DNA of 37,473 nt from a virus. Location of the stretch: positions 1-37,473 of the IMG/VR virus record IMGVR_UViG_2648501629_000001; one strand, given 5' to 3'. Below, in pieces: positions 7,935 through 16,708 of this stretch. The notes below the pieces were generated by a model, which saw only the letters and a program-made list of their open reading frames with translations, made no database searches and had not been told where the DNA came from. Positions within the stretch are counted from its first letter, which is position 1, and each line of letters begins with the position of its first letter. Both the position numbers and the translations under genes were made by a program.

Positions 7935-8191
7935 ACCTTAAAAGGGCGAAAAAAATTTTTGCAAGCTATATACTAAAAGCTAGAATAAGCTGGCAGAATC
8001 AATCAGCAACAATCAATAAACAAGAATCGATAATCAGATTATCTTAATAAGCGAAATTTTTGTGGGCAAAAGAATTATTATTTTTTTCTGAAAAACAATG
8101 TAAGGGGAAATGGAAGTTTTTCTTGACTATTTACTGTATAGGTAATATAGTAATTAATAAGTTAATTAAATTGTGAATTGGAGAGATTAAA

Positions 8192-9136
8192 ATGTCAAAA
8201 GTTGATTCTTTAAAAGTATCTGTAGAAAAAGCTGAGGTAAAGGTTGAGAAGTGCAAGAATACTATTGAGCGTCACAAGAAGGCTCTTGATAAGAAAGTTC
8301 AAAAAGTAATTAAAGAAGTAGGTTTAGATTTAACTGGTAAGAGCAAAGAAGAAGTTGATGAGCTAAGAGAGCCTTACAGAACTACAGACCACTCTTGGAC
8401 AATTTATGAAGTAGTAAGAAAGTTAGAGGATATTAAAGGCGCTACAAAGAAATTAGGGGAAGCTGAGCATGTATTGAACAATTGGAAAGAAAAGTTAAAT
8501 TTAGAAATTGAAAAGAATAGATTTCTTGAAGGCGATGATGTCCCACAAGTTATAAAAGAATTTCTAGAGCAATGGAAACAGAAGGCGTATGAGTGGCATA
8601 TTAAAAGATATAATGATTACCTTGAATTAAAAGAAGAATTACATAAGAAAGAACGAGAGGCGAGAATCGAGTGTATTAAAACATATAAGGATGCGTATAA
8701 AGATTATTTAGATGAGAATGGGGAAGTAAAAGATTTAAGCGACCATACTCTTGTGAATGTTTACCCAAGAAGTATTATGAGTGCATTTTTAGAAGAACGT
8801 GAACTGGACTGGAAAAGTATTCAATCTAAATTAAATTCTTTTGCGGGTGGAACAGTTTTATATATGGCTAGTATATATGACAGAGAAAATCGTTTAGCGT
8901 GGCTAAAAAACGCACTTGAGCAGGAAAAGAAATCTAAGATGATAGACTTAATTAATAGAATTAATGCTATTGCAGGCTCTATTGTAGATGCTGAGAGATT
9001 AAGAATAAGCGAAGTAGGGAATTTAAATGGTATAATAACTGGTGAAAAGGCTAATGCAAAAGTAGAAACAATTGGAGCAGGCGGTTGGAACATCCAGTGC
9101 TTCCATTACAGAACATTAGTAAATGAAATTAAGTAA
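8192..9136 (+). CDS. Phage coiled-coil protein (C-terminal TIGAGGWNIQCFHYR motif)
   Basis: Long ORF with own promoter (TTGACT-17-TATAGT) and RBS. Confidence 0.85.
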   Translation: MSKVDSLKVSVEKAEVKVEKCKNTIERHKKALDKKVQKVIKEVGLDLTGKSKEEVDELREPYRTTDHSWTIYEVVRKLEDIKGATKKLGEAEHVLNNWKEKLNLEIEKNRFLEGDDVPQVIKEFLEQWKQKAYEWHIKRYNDYLELKEELHKKEREARIECIKTYKDAYKDYLDENGEVKDLSDHTLVNVYPRSIMSAFLEERELDWKSIQSKLNSFAGGTVLYMASIYDRENRLAWLKNALEQEKKSKMIDLINRINAIAGSIVDAERLRISEVGNLNGIITGEKANAKVETIGAGGWNIQCFHYRTLVNEIK

Positions 9137-9142
9137 GGAGAA

Positions 9143-9364
9143 ATGAAAATGAAACTTAGAAAAGCAGATATTAAATTAATGGGTGATACAGAATTATTTT
9201 CAGCATTTCACTGGAGCATCGTCCGTTCTACTAATGAGCAGAACAGTAGAGGTGGATTAACGCAACAAACAGCCAAGGAAGAAAAATGGATACTAGAGGA
9301 ATGCATGACTAGATTTAACCTAGAACGAGAAGTATTGATTCAGAAGCAGATTATAAGCGAATAG
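9143..9364 (+). CDS. Hypothetical protein
   Basis: AAGGAG RBS. Confidence 0.75.
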   Translation: MKMKLRKADIKLMGDTELFSAFHWSIVRSTNEQNSRGGLTQQTAKEEKWILEECMTRFNLEREVLIQKQIISE

Positions 9365-9370
9365 AAGATT

Positions 9371-9400
9371 AAAAGCGTTAGAGAGCCTTCTAGCGCTTTT
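9371..9400 (+). terminator. Intrinsic terminator-like hairpin
   Basis: aaaagcgttaga-gagcct-tctagcgctttt. Confidence 0.65.
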
Positions 9401-9548
9401 AAACAGTAAATTAAATATGAATCGGTGTAAGAAATGAAGTAATTTATTTGATTATGAAATTTTATTAAAGAAAAGTATTGACATTATAGTGTATTAGTAA
9501 TACACTGATTAAGAATTAATTAATTAAATATGAAGGAGAGATTTTAAA

Positions 9549-10121
9549 ATGATTGAATTAAGAACTGCAGTACATGTAATTAATGAGGAGAAAATGATTT
9601 ACAAAATTTCAATATACAGAGAGCTTCAAAGCAGTACACTTGGATTTACATATGATTTAGATTTAGTTGCAGGATACGATTATATAAATCCCGATGAAAA
9701 TGATATTCAAGGATTTGTTGAGGCAAAAAATTTCACTGATGATGTACAGTCTGACATATTAACAGTTTACCCACTTAGTGAATCATTGGGAGAACGATTA
9801 GAAGAATTAGGTTATACAGTTATTGACATTAATAAGTATAAAATTCATGAGTCCAAGCTAGAAGAACCCGAAGATATCAAGCCATTAAAGGGTGATATAA
9901 ATTTAGAAAATCCAATCGAAATAGAAAATTTAATCAAAGAGACTGAAAGTGGAATGTATGGCTCACATAATGACAAAGGGGAGAGCGTAACTCTATTTAT
10001 ACAACAAGGACAGGCGATGGATATACATGTCTTTCAATCTAATGGATGGGTACGAATAGATGAATATAATATGAGTGGGTTAAAAGTTAGCGAATCATTC
10101 TCAGGACGTTGGGATAAGTAA
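9549..10121 (+). CDS. Hypothetical acidic protein
   Basis: Promoter TTGACA-17-TACACT and RBS. Confidence 0.8.
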   Translation: MIELRTAVHVINEEKMIYKISIYRELQSSTLGFTYDLDLVAGYDYINPDENDIQGFVEAKNFTDDVQSDILTVYPLSESLGERLEELGYTVIDINKYKIHESKLEEPEDIKPLKGDINLENPIEIENLIKETESGMYGSHNDKGESVTLFIQQGQAMDIHVFQSNGWVRIDEYNMSGLKVSESFSGRWDK

Positions 10122-10134
10122 GGGAGAGAAAATT

Positions 10135-10350
10135 ATGACAGAAGAATTAGCGATTAATGCAATAGGTAGAGCGAAAATGAACGGAAGAACACTGCTTGGC
10201 GATAGTATAGACTATGTGAACTTTAGAGATATTGTTGAATCAAATATTAAGTTGAACAAGATATGGTATGAGTATTTGAGTGCCGAGGTAGAAGGCGAAG
10301 GCGATAATGAAAAATGGTATTTAACTTACAATGAAAATAAATGGAACTAG
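10135..10350 (+). CDS. Hypothetical protein
   Basis: GGGAGAG RBS. Confidence 0.75.
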   Translation: MTEELAINAIGRAKMNGRTLLGDSIDYVNFRDIVESNIKLNKIWYEYLSAEVEGEGDNEKWYLTYNENKWN

Positions 10351-10417
10351 CCGAAACAGAGAAGAAATTCTCTGTCATGGGAGGGTGATGCCTCCTGTCT
10401 GATGATGGCAGTCGTCA
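10350..10417 (+). ncRNA. Hammerhead ribozyme HH3 (type II, extra U after core), predicted cleavage after C10376
   Basis: GCC-GAAA, stem III CAGAGAA-GAAA-TTCTCTG, TC, stem I ATGGGAGG/CCTCCTGT, CTGATGA-T-GGC; loop TGATG pairs with 3' CGTCA. Confidence 0.85.
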
Positions 10418-10447
10418 GTATTACAATATATAGGAGATGATTTTAAA

Positions 10448-10936
10448 ATGAATATCAAGCACGAAGTAAAATCTAGGCTTGATTACAAAAGAAATTATTA
10501 TGATGATGACTCACTGCGAAGCGTTGAAGTATCAAGAGCAGATATTGAAGACTTGATTGATATGAAAGGTATTTGGGCAACAACGCAATGGATGTGCGAG
10601 CAGAAAGAACATAGCTGTGCTAGATATGATTTCGTATGTATGGCTGTTGGCACAAAAGTAGCAAAGCTAGTTTTAACTGGCGATGAGAAAAAGAAAATTG
10701 CTGAGCAAAGTGAAATCTTTAAAGAGAAGGAAAGAGAATATCTTTCAGAGGATACGATGCAGGCAATTAAGAAATATGTGTTCAGATGTTGGAAGATATT
10801 CGAGCAATACAAGATGCTAGAATTTACAAAGGTAACGTATACGAAAAGCTTTGGAAGAGGGAGAAGGCGCAGAACTTATCGATATAAAGAGACTGCTGTA
10901 AAACTCACTGAGAAGGGCTTAAACGTTGAATTATAA
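10448..10936 (+). CDS. Hypothetical protein with basic C-terminus
   Basis: AGGAGA RBS; GRGRRRR tail. Confidence 0.8.
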   Translation: MNIKHEVKSRLDYKRNYYDDDSLRSVEVSRADIEDLIDMKGIWATTQWMCEQKEHSCARYDFVCMAVGTKVAKLVLTGDEKKKIAEQSEIFKEKEREYLSEDTMQAIKKYVFRCWKIFEQYKMLEFTKVTYTKSFGRGRRRRTYRYKETAVKLTEKGLNVEL

Positions 10937-10968
10937 AATTTAAACTTCATCTTTAAGGAGGAATTAAT

Positions 10969-11133
10969 ATGGTAATTGGGATATATGGGAAGAATGAAAA
11001 TGGTTATTGGTGCAAGTGTAACTGGAATGGTTTTGAATTAATAAATGAAGAAGGTATCTCATGGTTTAGATTGCTTGTAGTAAGATGGCAAACAAGATGG
11101 GATGTGTCATGGATTAAACAGGGTTCAATTTAA
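10969..11133 (+). CDS. Small Trp-rich hypothetical protein (54 aa)
   Basis: AAGGAGG RBS; MVIGIYGKNENGYWCKC... Confidence 0.7.
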   Translation: MVIGIYGKNENGYWCKCNWNGFELINEEGISWFRLLVVRWQTRWDVSWIKQGSI

Positions 11134-11220
11134 TAAAATCTAAATTTCATTAATAATTTTGTTTGACATATTACTGTATTGATGATACACTGAATGAGTA
11201 AATTGATAGCAGGGGTGGGG

Positions 11221-11331
11221 ATGAGCATGTGGCTATTAAGACTTATCTGTAGGATTCGTGGGAAGCATAAGGTTGATTACTTCTCAGACAGATGTCAAAT
11301 CTGCGGTAGACCTTGTAACAAAAGAAAGTAA
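11221..11331 (+). CDS. Small Cys/His zinc-finger-like peptide (36 aa)
   Basis: Own promoter with operator B; C-x4-KH...CQICG. Confidence 0.6.
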   Translation: MSMWLLRLICRIRGKHKVDYFSDRCQICGRPCNKRK

Positions 11332-11398
11332 TTTTTTATTTGACACTTAACTGTGTTAGTAATGTACTAATTTATAAATTAAAAGGAGAGATTTTAAA

Positions 11399-11629
11399 AT
11401 GAACAAATTAATTAACTGGTTAGAAATGGGCGTAACATTAGGAAAGATTACTGGATATGGCTTAGCATTCAAGAATGAGCCTACAAAGGGCTTAAAAAGA
11501 TATATGGTAGTCGTTGAGCATGTTCAAGTAGGGAAAGTTGAGTTGCATGTAGCGATTCAAAACAATACTGTAGTAATCAAGAAGGAAAGAAGCTTTGATA
11601 GTCACTTAGAAACGCTTAAAATGCTTTAG
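11399..11629 (+). CDS. Hypothetical protein
   Basis: Promoter and AAGGAG RBS. Confidence 0.8.
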   Translation: MNKLINWLEMGVTLGKITGYGLAFKNEPTKGLKRYMVVVEHVQVGKVELHVAIQNNTVVIKKERSFDSHLETLKML

Positions 11630-11708
11630 AAAGTATTTTGTTGACATTTTACTGTATTAGTAGTACACTAACTAAGAAGTTAATCAAATGATAAGGGAGA
11701 TGTTTTAT

Positions 11709-12086
11709 ATGAGATTAAGACCATGGGTAAAGGTGGCACTTGCATTAGTAATTGGTATCGTAGCAGTTTCTCAAGTATTTAAGATTACAGGCTCGCAGGC
11801 AAGTAATGGTGAGCGTAAAGTATTTCATGCAGTAATTGAAATGAATCTGAATGGAGAATCTCATATAAAGCATCTCGACGGAGGATGGGGTGAGGATGTT
11901 AAGTTAGAAACAAAAGAAGGTTACATACCTATGCAAGTTGTTACAGTAGTTGTAGAAGATGGTAAGGTAATTGAAGACTATATAACAGGTGGCAAAGAGT
12001 TAGACAGGGTCATAGAAAAGAATGAGGCTTTACTTGAGGAATATCGTGATGGAATGCAAACTACAGGAAAATTATATTCTAAGTAA
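11709..12086 (+). CDS. Membrane-anchored protein, paralog family X
   Basis: N-terminal TM; FHAVIE..LNGE...VVTV...T.G.EL pattern aligns by eye with 3436 and 4903 products. Confidence 0.75.
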   Translation: MRLRPWVKVALALVIGIVAVSQVFKITGSQASNGERKVFHAVIEMNLNGESHIKHLDGGWGEDVKLETKEGYIPMQVVTVVVEDGKVIEDYITGGKELDRVIEKNEALLEEYRDGMQTTGKLYSK

Positions 12087-12159
12087 TTTTTATTTGACAA
12101 TCTACTGAGTTGGTAGTATAGTAATTTACAAGATAACAATTAAATAGGAGGCGTTTTAA

Positions 12160-12486
12160 ATGAAAAAGAGTGCAGTGATATTGGCGGTGATATTCTCAGT
12201 TCTTGCTATCATGACAATAGGGGAGAGCGTGTATATCATATATAATCACCAAAGCGAATGTGCTGAGATGAGTACGGTTCATAAAACACAGCAAGAAAAA
12301 GATAAGGAAAACGGAATTATACCCATGGTAATAACAATTACTGATGATGATGGTGAATGGGCAAGTGGTACTGGCGAAGATGGATTACCTTACGCAGTAA
12401 CAAGCGATAGAGTAGAAATTGGAGATGTCATTCAAGCAACTGTAAACGATGAAGGTGAGATTTTCACCCTTAAGAAAATCAATTAA
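12160..12486 (+). CDS. Membrane-anchored protein, distant family X-like beta domain
   Basis: N-terminal TM; VEIGDVIQATVNDEGEI. Confidence 0.75.
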   Translation: MKKSAVILAVIFSVLAIMTIGESVYIIYNHQSECAEMSTVHKTQQEKDKENGIIPMVITITDDDGEWASGTGEDGLPYAVTSDRVEIGDVIQATVNDEGEIFTLKKIN

Positions 12487-12613
12487 ATTAGTTCATTAAG
12501 CAAAATTATTAAAATAAATTAAAAAACGTATTGACTGTGTTAATAACATAGTGTAACATTAAAAATGTAATAATTATCAAATAAATCAAAGATAAAAAGG
12601 AGTTTGGCGACTT

Positions 12614-13819
12614 ATGAAAAAATTATCAATTAACTGGACTGTAAAGCAATTTGTGAAAATGGTGGGCAAAGGAACAATCTCATTCGATTATCCAATCCAA
12701 CGTGAAGGCGAACAATGGGACTTAATGCAAAAATCATTATTAATTCATTCTTTATCAGCAGATTTCCCAGTACCTGCATTGTACTCAATCGTTGAGCCGA
12801 AGGAATTAGAAGAGGGCAAGAAACCTGTAAATGTTTACTACATCCTAGATGGTAAGCAACGTTTAACGAATATCGGAGGATTCATCAACGGAGAATATTT
12901 CCTACATGAAGATACTCCAAGCGTAAAAATTGATGATGAAGTATATCAAATCGCAGGCAAAACTTTTGCAGAATTAGATGAAGAAGTAAAAGATGCTATC
13001 CTAAGCTTCTCGCTACAAATCTACAAACTGGATGAAATTACAGATGAAGAAATTGAAGACTTATTCTTCCGCTTAAACAATGGTACTCCACTATCTAAGC
13101 AACAAAAAGCTAAAGCTAAAATGGGTACAGAATGGGCAACAAAAATTCAAGACTTAGTAAACCATGATTTAATGAAAAATAAAGCTTCATTCACTGCTTT
13201 ACAAATGAGAAAAGCTGACCATGAAACAGCAGTTTTACAAACTATGATGTTAATTGATACTGATTATAAGTGGAAAAGCATCTCATCAAACGAAGTATTT
13301 GAGTACTCTCAAACATTCAAGGGAGACAATAGCAAAGATTCAGTAGTTGCTGAGGTTGTAAAAGCTATGGATTACTTAAACTTAGCATTTGAGGATAAAG
13401 AATCTGTGTTGCTTAAAAAGGTTCACTTCCCAATGACTATGCTGACTGCATTGAAAGCAATTGAAATGGAAGTTCATCCAATGCACTTCGCAAAATGGAG
13501 AGATGAGTTCAAGAAGTCAATCAAGTCTAAGCATAAAAAAGATGAAGAATACATTGAAACTGATTACAAAGAATTTGGTGGCGCAGGAAGCGTTAAGAAA
13601 GAGAAAACTCTTGGGCGTATCACAGAAATGCAGAAGCATCTAACTTACTACTTTGAGAATGTCCACGGCGCTGATAGCGTTGAAGAAGCAAAAGAAGAGG
13701 TTGCAGGAACTACAGAGACTGTAGAAGCTGTAGAAGTAAAAGAAGAGGCTACAGAGGTTAAAGAAACTGGGTCTAAACTACAAGCACTATTAAAAGAAAC
13801 TGAAAAGCAAAAAGCTTAA
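12614..13819 (+). CDS. DUF262 (GmrS/ParB-Srx-like) domain protein without HNH domain
   Basis: Motifs IQR..W, LIHSL, ILDGKQRLT, FFRLNNGTPLS. Confidence 0.85.
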   Translation: MKKLSINWTVKQFVKMVGKGTISFDYPIQREGEQWDLMQKSLLIHSLSADFPVPALYSIVEPKELEEGKKPVNVYYILDGKQRLTNIGGFINGEYFLHEDTPSVKIDDEVYQIAGKTFAELDEEVKDAILSFSLQIYKLDEITDEEIEDLFFRLNNGTPLSKQQKAKAKMGTEWATKIQDLVNHDLMKNKASFTALQMRKADHETAVLQTMMLIDTDYKWKSISSNEVFEYSQTFKGDNSKDSVVAEVVKAMDYLNLAFEDKESVLLKKVHFPMTMLTALKAIEMEVHPMHFAKWRDEFKKSIKSKHKKDEEYIETDYKEFGGAGSVKKEKTLGRITEMQKHLTYYFENVHGADSVEEAKEEVAGTTETVEAVEVKEEATEVKETGSKLQALLKETEKQKA

Positions 13820-13830
13820 TATATAAATCA

Positions 13831-13860
13831 ATCCACCTTGGACAAGCTTCCAAGGTGGAT
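13831..13860. terminator. 12-bp stem hairpin
   Basis: atccaccttgga-caagct-tccaaggtggat. Confidence 0.6.
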
Positions 13861-13936
13861 AATAAAAAAGTTGTTGACTGTGTTAGTAACACAGTGTACA
13901 ATGAATACAGAAACTTATGAGGGAGATGATTTTAAA

Positions 13937-14716
13937 ATGAAAAGCAAGGCAACTGATGAATTGAAAGTAGGGGAAATGAAAATTAGCGAATGGGAGTCGA
14001 GTCTGTACTTCATGTATAAATACAAGCAGGGTGAATATACATCAGTGATGAGAGGGCAATGTTTAAATCCAATTCACTTGCTGACAATTGATTTACCAGT
14101 AGAACATAAGGCTAAGATGCTAGAGGCGTTCGAAGAATATGCTCCTAACTTGGAGATTAAAGATGCTATTAAATTCAACAATGATGGCGATAAAGAAAAG
14201 TACATAAAAGAAATTTTAGGTGGGATAGATGAGTTTGCTCGTTTTATCGATAACTTTAATGATTGGAAGAATGCAGAAAGCATGAATGGATTCTTAGGTC
14301 GTAAGGCTCAATTCATAAAAGAGCATGACTGTATCCCTAAAACAATTGGGAAGAAAGGGTTCGACGTTCTTATAAATCAAGCGTTTGGAATTGTGGCAGG
14401 GCTAGAGGTTCGCTCAGATGAATTTATCATTGCTCATCTAATAAGATGGATTAAGAAATTAGGATTCACCAAGGCGAAAGTCGATGAGAAAAAGAAAATT
14501 GCCTACTACACGTTTACAATGCTCGGAGAACATCTTGAGAACGCCGTAACAATGTGCTATGAGGTTAAGAAGGCTAATGGCAAGTATAAGGTTAGATTCT
14601 TCTACGACACGCCAAGCAAAGACCAATTAGACGATGGATATGTTATCTACAATGATGAGACGATGAGAAAAGAAATTACTACTAAGAGGTCTAGCTACTA
14701 CTCAGCTAAGTTGTGA
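13937..14716 (+). CDS. Hypothetical protein
   Basis: Start moved to ATG 13937 (GGGAGA RBS, downstream of promoter 13874-13902). Confidence 0.8.
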   Translation: MKSKATDELKVGEMKISEWESSLYFMYKYKQGEYTSVMRGQCLNPIHLLTIDLPVEHKAKMLEAFEEYAPNLEIKDAIKFNNDGDKEKYIKEILGGIDEFARFIDNFNDWKNAESMNGFLGRKAQFIKEHDCIPKTIGKKGFDVLINQAFGIVAGLEVRSDEFIIAHLIRWIKKLGFTKAKVDEKKKIAYYTFTMLGEHLENAVTMCYEVKKANGKYKVRFFYDTPSKDQLDDGYVIYNDETMRKEITTKRSSYYSAKL

Positions 14717-14802
14717 TTGCTGAGTAGTAAGAACAAAAGTATTGACATAATCAAATATTCGTGGTAGAGTTTTCCGTGACATTATTAGGGAGTTGAGATA
14801 GC

Positions 14803-15165
14803 ATGACGACAGTAGAAGTAGAATCTGTAGGAAAGCAACTTGCAGATTATGTAATCAATAATTTAATCAATAAAACAAAAGATAAATTCATCAACATTAA
14901 CGAAGTATCAGAGTTTCTTAAAAAGAAATTGGATGATGAGTATACAGGCGAATTGGGGATGGCGGTAAGAGAGGCTCTTATTAACCACGAGAAGATTGAT
15001 TACTTCCTAGAGGGTACTTATCTCATGAATGATAAATTCCACTACTCAACAGGTAGATGGCTTGCTTTAAAAGGCATGTATACAAGTCCATTAGGTGCAA
15101 AGTTTGCTCGTGGATGGTATTCGTGGCAGGATTCAGAAGAAGTTGACTGGGATAGTCTAGATTAA
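14803..15165 (+). CDS. Hypothetical protein
   Basis: Promoter and RBS. Confidence 0.8.
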   Translation: MTTVEVESVGKQLADYVINNLINKTKDKFININEVSEFLKKKLDDEYTGELGMAVREALINHEKIDYFLEGTYLMNDKFHYSTGRWLALKGMYTSPLGAKFARGWYSWQDSEEVDWDSLD

Positions 15166-15180
15166 GTAGGAGGAATTATT

Positions 15181-15372
15181 ATGGCAACTATGACAGGCAG
15201 AGAACTGGCGAAAGAAATTCAATCAGTAGATAAGGGGTTTAAAGCGCCATGGATGTCTCGTATGGCGTATGAGGAAATGATGTATGGCGTTGGCAAGACG
15301 AAGGAAGACTTTGATAAGTACTGTGATGAGATGAATGGAGAAGTCGTTGTAAAGCGAATTGAAGACCTGTAA
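15181..15372 (+). CDS. Hypothetical protein
   Basis: AGGAGG RBS. Confidence 0.75.
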   Translation: MATMTGRELAKEIQSVDKGFKAPWMSRMAYEEMMYGVGKTKEDFDKYCDEMNGEVVVKRIEDL

Positions 15373-15478
15373 TATAAAACAAAAGTATTGACAACGAAAA
15401 TGCTCAATGCTAGAATGGTTCTTGTGAGTTGCTCAATGACTCACGAGAACACTAAACAATTGAGGGAGAGATACATAC

Positions 15479-15967
15479 ATGAATATTCAAGACTGGAATG
15501 CAATGCAACGAAAATTAACTAGTGAAGCTAAGAGCTTTCTTTTAGATGCTTATGGTATCGAGTTAAATATTCCAGTGTTAGTTAATGGTCGATTAAAAAG
15601 AAGATATGGTCAGTTTGTATACAACCAATTTACACAACAACCAATCAAGATTGAGATTGGGAAGAATTATATTACACATCAAGACTGGGAAACGATTAGA
15701 GAAACGCTTTTACATGAGTGTATACACTATGCGCTGTTTACTCTTGGAAAACCTTTTAATGATGGCGATGATGTTTTTGAGGCAGAGCTAAAAAAACATG
15801 GTTCTCATAGTACTGGGACAGTAAAATATAGAGGCAAGGTAGTAGAGTATGGATGTCCAAGATGCAATCGTGTTTGGAGAAAGAAGAAAAGATATCCACG
15901 CAATGGAGCAGGATACCAGTGCAGTGATACCAGTGCAGTGGATGCAAGGTGGATATTAAGTTCTTAG
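15479..15967 (+). CDS. SprT-like zinc metallopeptidase; C-terminal zinc ribbon frameshifted by a 14-bp duplication
   Basis: NGRLKRRYG, LLHECIHY (HExxH), CPRC; duplication at 15912-15939. Confidence 0.85.
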   Translation: MNIQDWNAMQRKLTSEAKSFLLDAYGIELNIPVLVNGRLKRRYGQFVYNQFTQQPIKIEIGKNYITHQDWETIRETLLHECIHYALFTLGKPFNDGDDVFEAELKKHGSHSTGTVKYRGKVVEYGCPRCNRVWRKKKRYPRNGAGYQCSDTSAVDARWILSS

Positions 15968-16065
15968 GCGAGAAAATCGTCTAAAACTTTTTATTGACTG
16001 TCTACTGTGTTAGTGATAAACTAACTCATGTAGACAGTAATCAAATTATACAGGGGATGAGTTAA

Positions 16066-16539
16066 ATGGCAAACACAAAATATGATACACTTATGGCATG
16101 TGCAGAAAACAACAAGAAAGAATTACAGACTGAATTAACGAAGGCTGTAAGCGAGTTACTAGCTTCGGCATCAGCAGTTCAATGCAAGTTAGTGTATGGC
16201 AATGGAGAGAATCACACAGAGGTTTCAACCGATATGATTCATAAGAATCTTAAAAGAATCGATGAAATCAAAGTTAAGCTGACGGCACTGGATAACATCT
16301 TGGGAATAAAAGAAAGTATTGAAAGTGGAAAAAAGATGCTTTACTGGTACACATATCGACTTCGAGGTTTTAGCCTTGGATGTCAGCCAAAAGATTTCGC
16401 TTGGCAAGATAGTAGTATTGGGAAGTTTGGAGCAATCATATACGAACGAGAGTTGACTAAGAAGGAAATAAGTGATTATGAGCTAGACTTCCACAAAAGC
16501 GAAATAGTGGATGCTACTAGTTGGAGGGTTGACTCATGA
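16066..16539 (+). CDS. Protein with C-terminal DarA_C-like (defence-against-restriction) domain
   Basis: YRLRGFSLGCQPKDF...GAIIYERELTKKEISDYEL. Confidence 0.65.
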   Translation: MANTKYDTLMACAENNKKELQTELTKAVSELLASASAVQCKLVYGNGENHTEVSTDMIHKNLKRIDEIKVKLTALDNILGIKESIESGKKMLYWYTYRLRGFSLGCQPKDFAWQDSSIGKFGAIIYERELTKKEISDYELDFHKSEIVDATSWRVDS

Positions 16540-16691
16540 ATGACCAAATGAGAAAGACCATCATATCCAAGCTTAGAAATGGGAAGGCTTTAGTCCCAGT
16601 TGAAAGAACAGCGCTTATTGAATTGTTAAAAGGCAAAGAGAAAAAAGAAAAAGAAGTGACTCGAAAATGGGTTGCTTCTCAAGATAATTAA
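16536..16691 (+). CDS. Small hypothetical protein (51 aa)
   Basis: GGAGG RBS, ATGA overlap. Confidence 0.65.
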   Translation: MNDQMRKTIISKLRNGKALVPVERTALIELLKGKEKKEKEVTRKWVASQDN

Positions 16692-16708
16692 ATATAATTT
16701 GGAGGATA

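Noticed and set aside
8028-8096. Fur-like GATAAT-CAG-ATTATC and CodY-like TTTTCTGAAAA
   Set aside because: Wrong spacing for a Fur 7-1-7 box and four mismatches to the CodY consensus in very AT-rich DNA
13838-13936. N-terminal extension of ORF 13838-14716
   Set aside because: Runs through the terminator hairpin and promoter; the RBS supports ATG 13937
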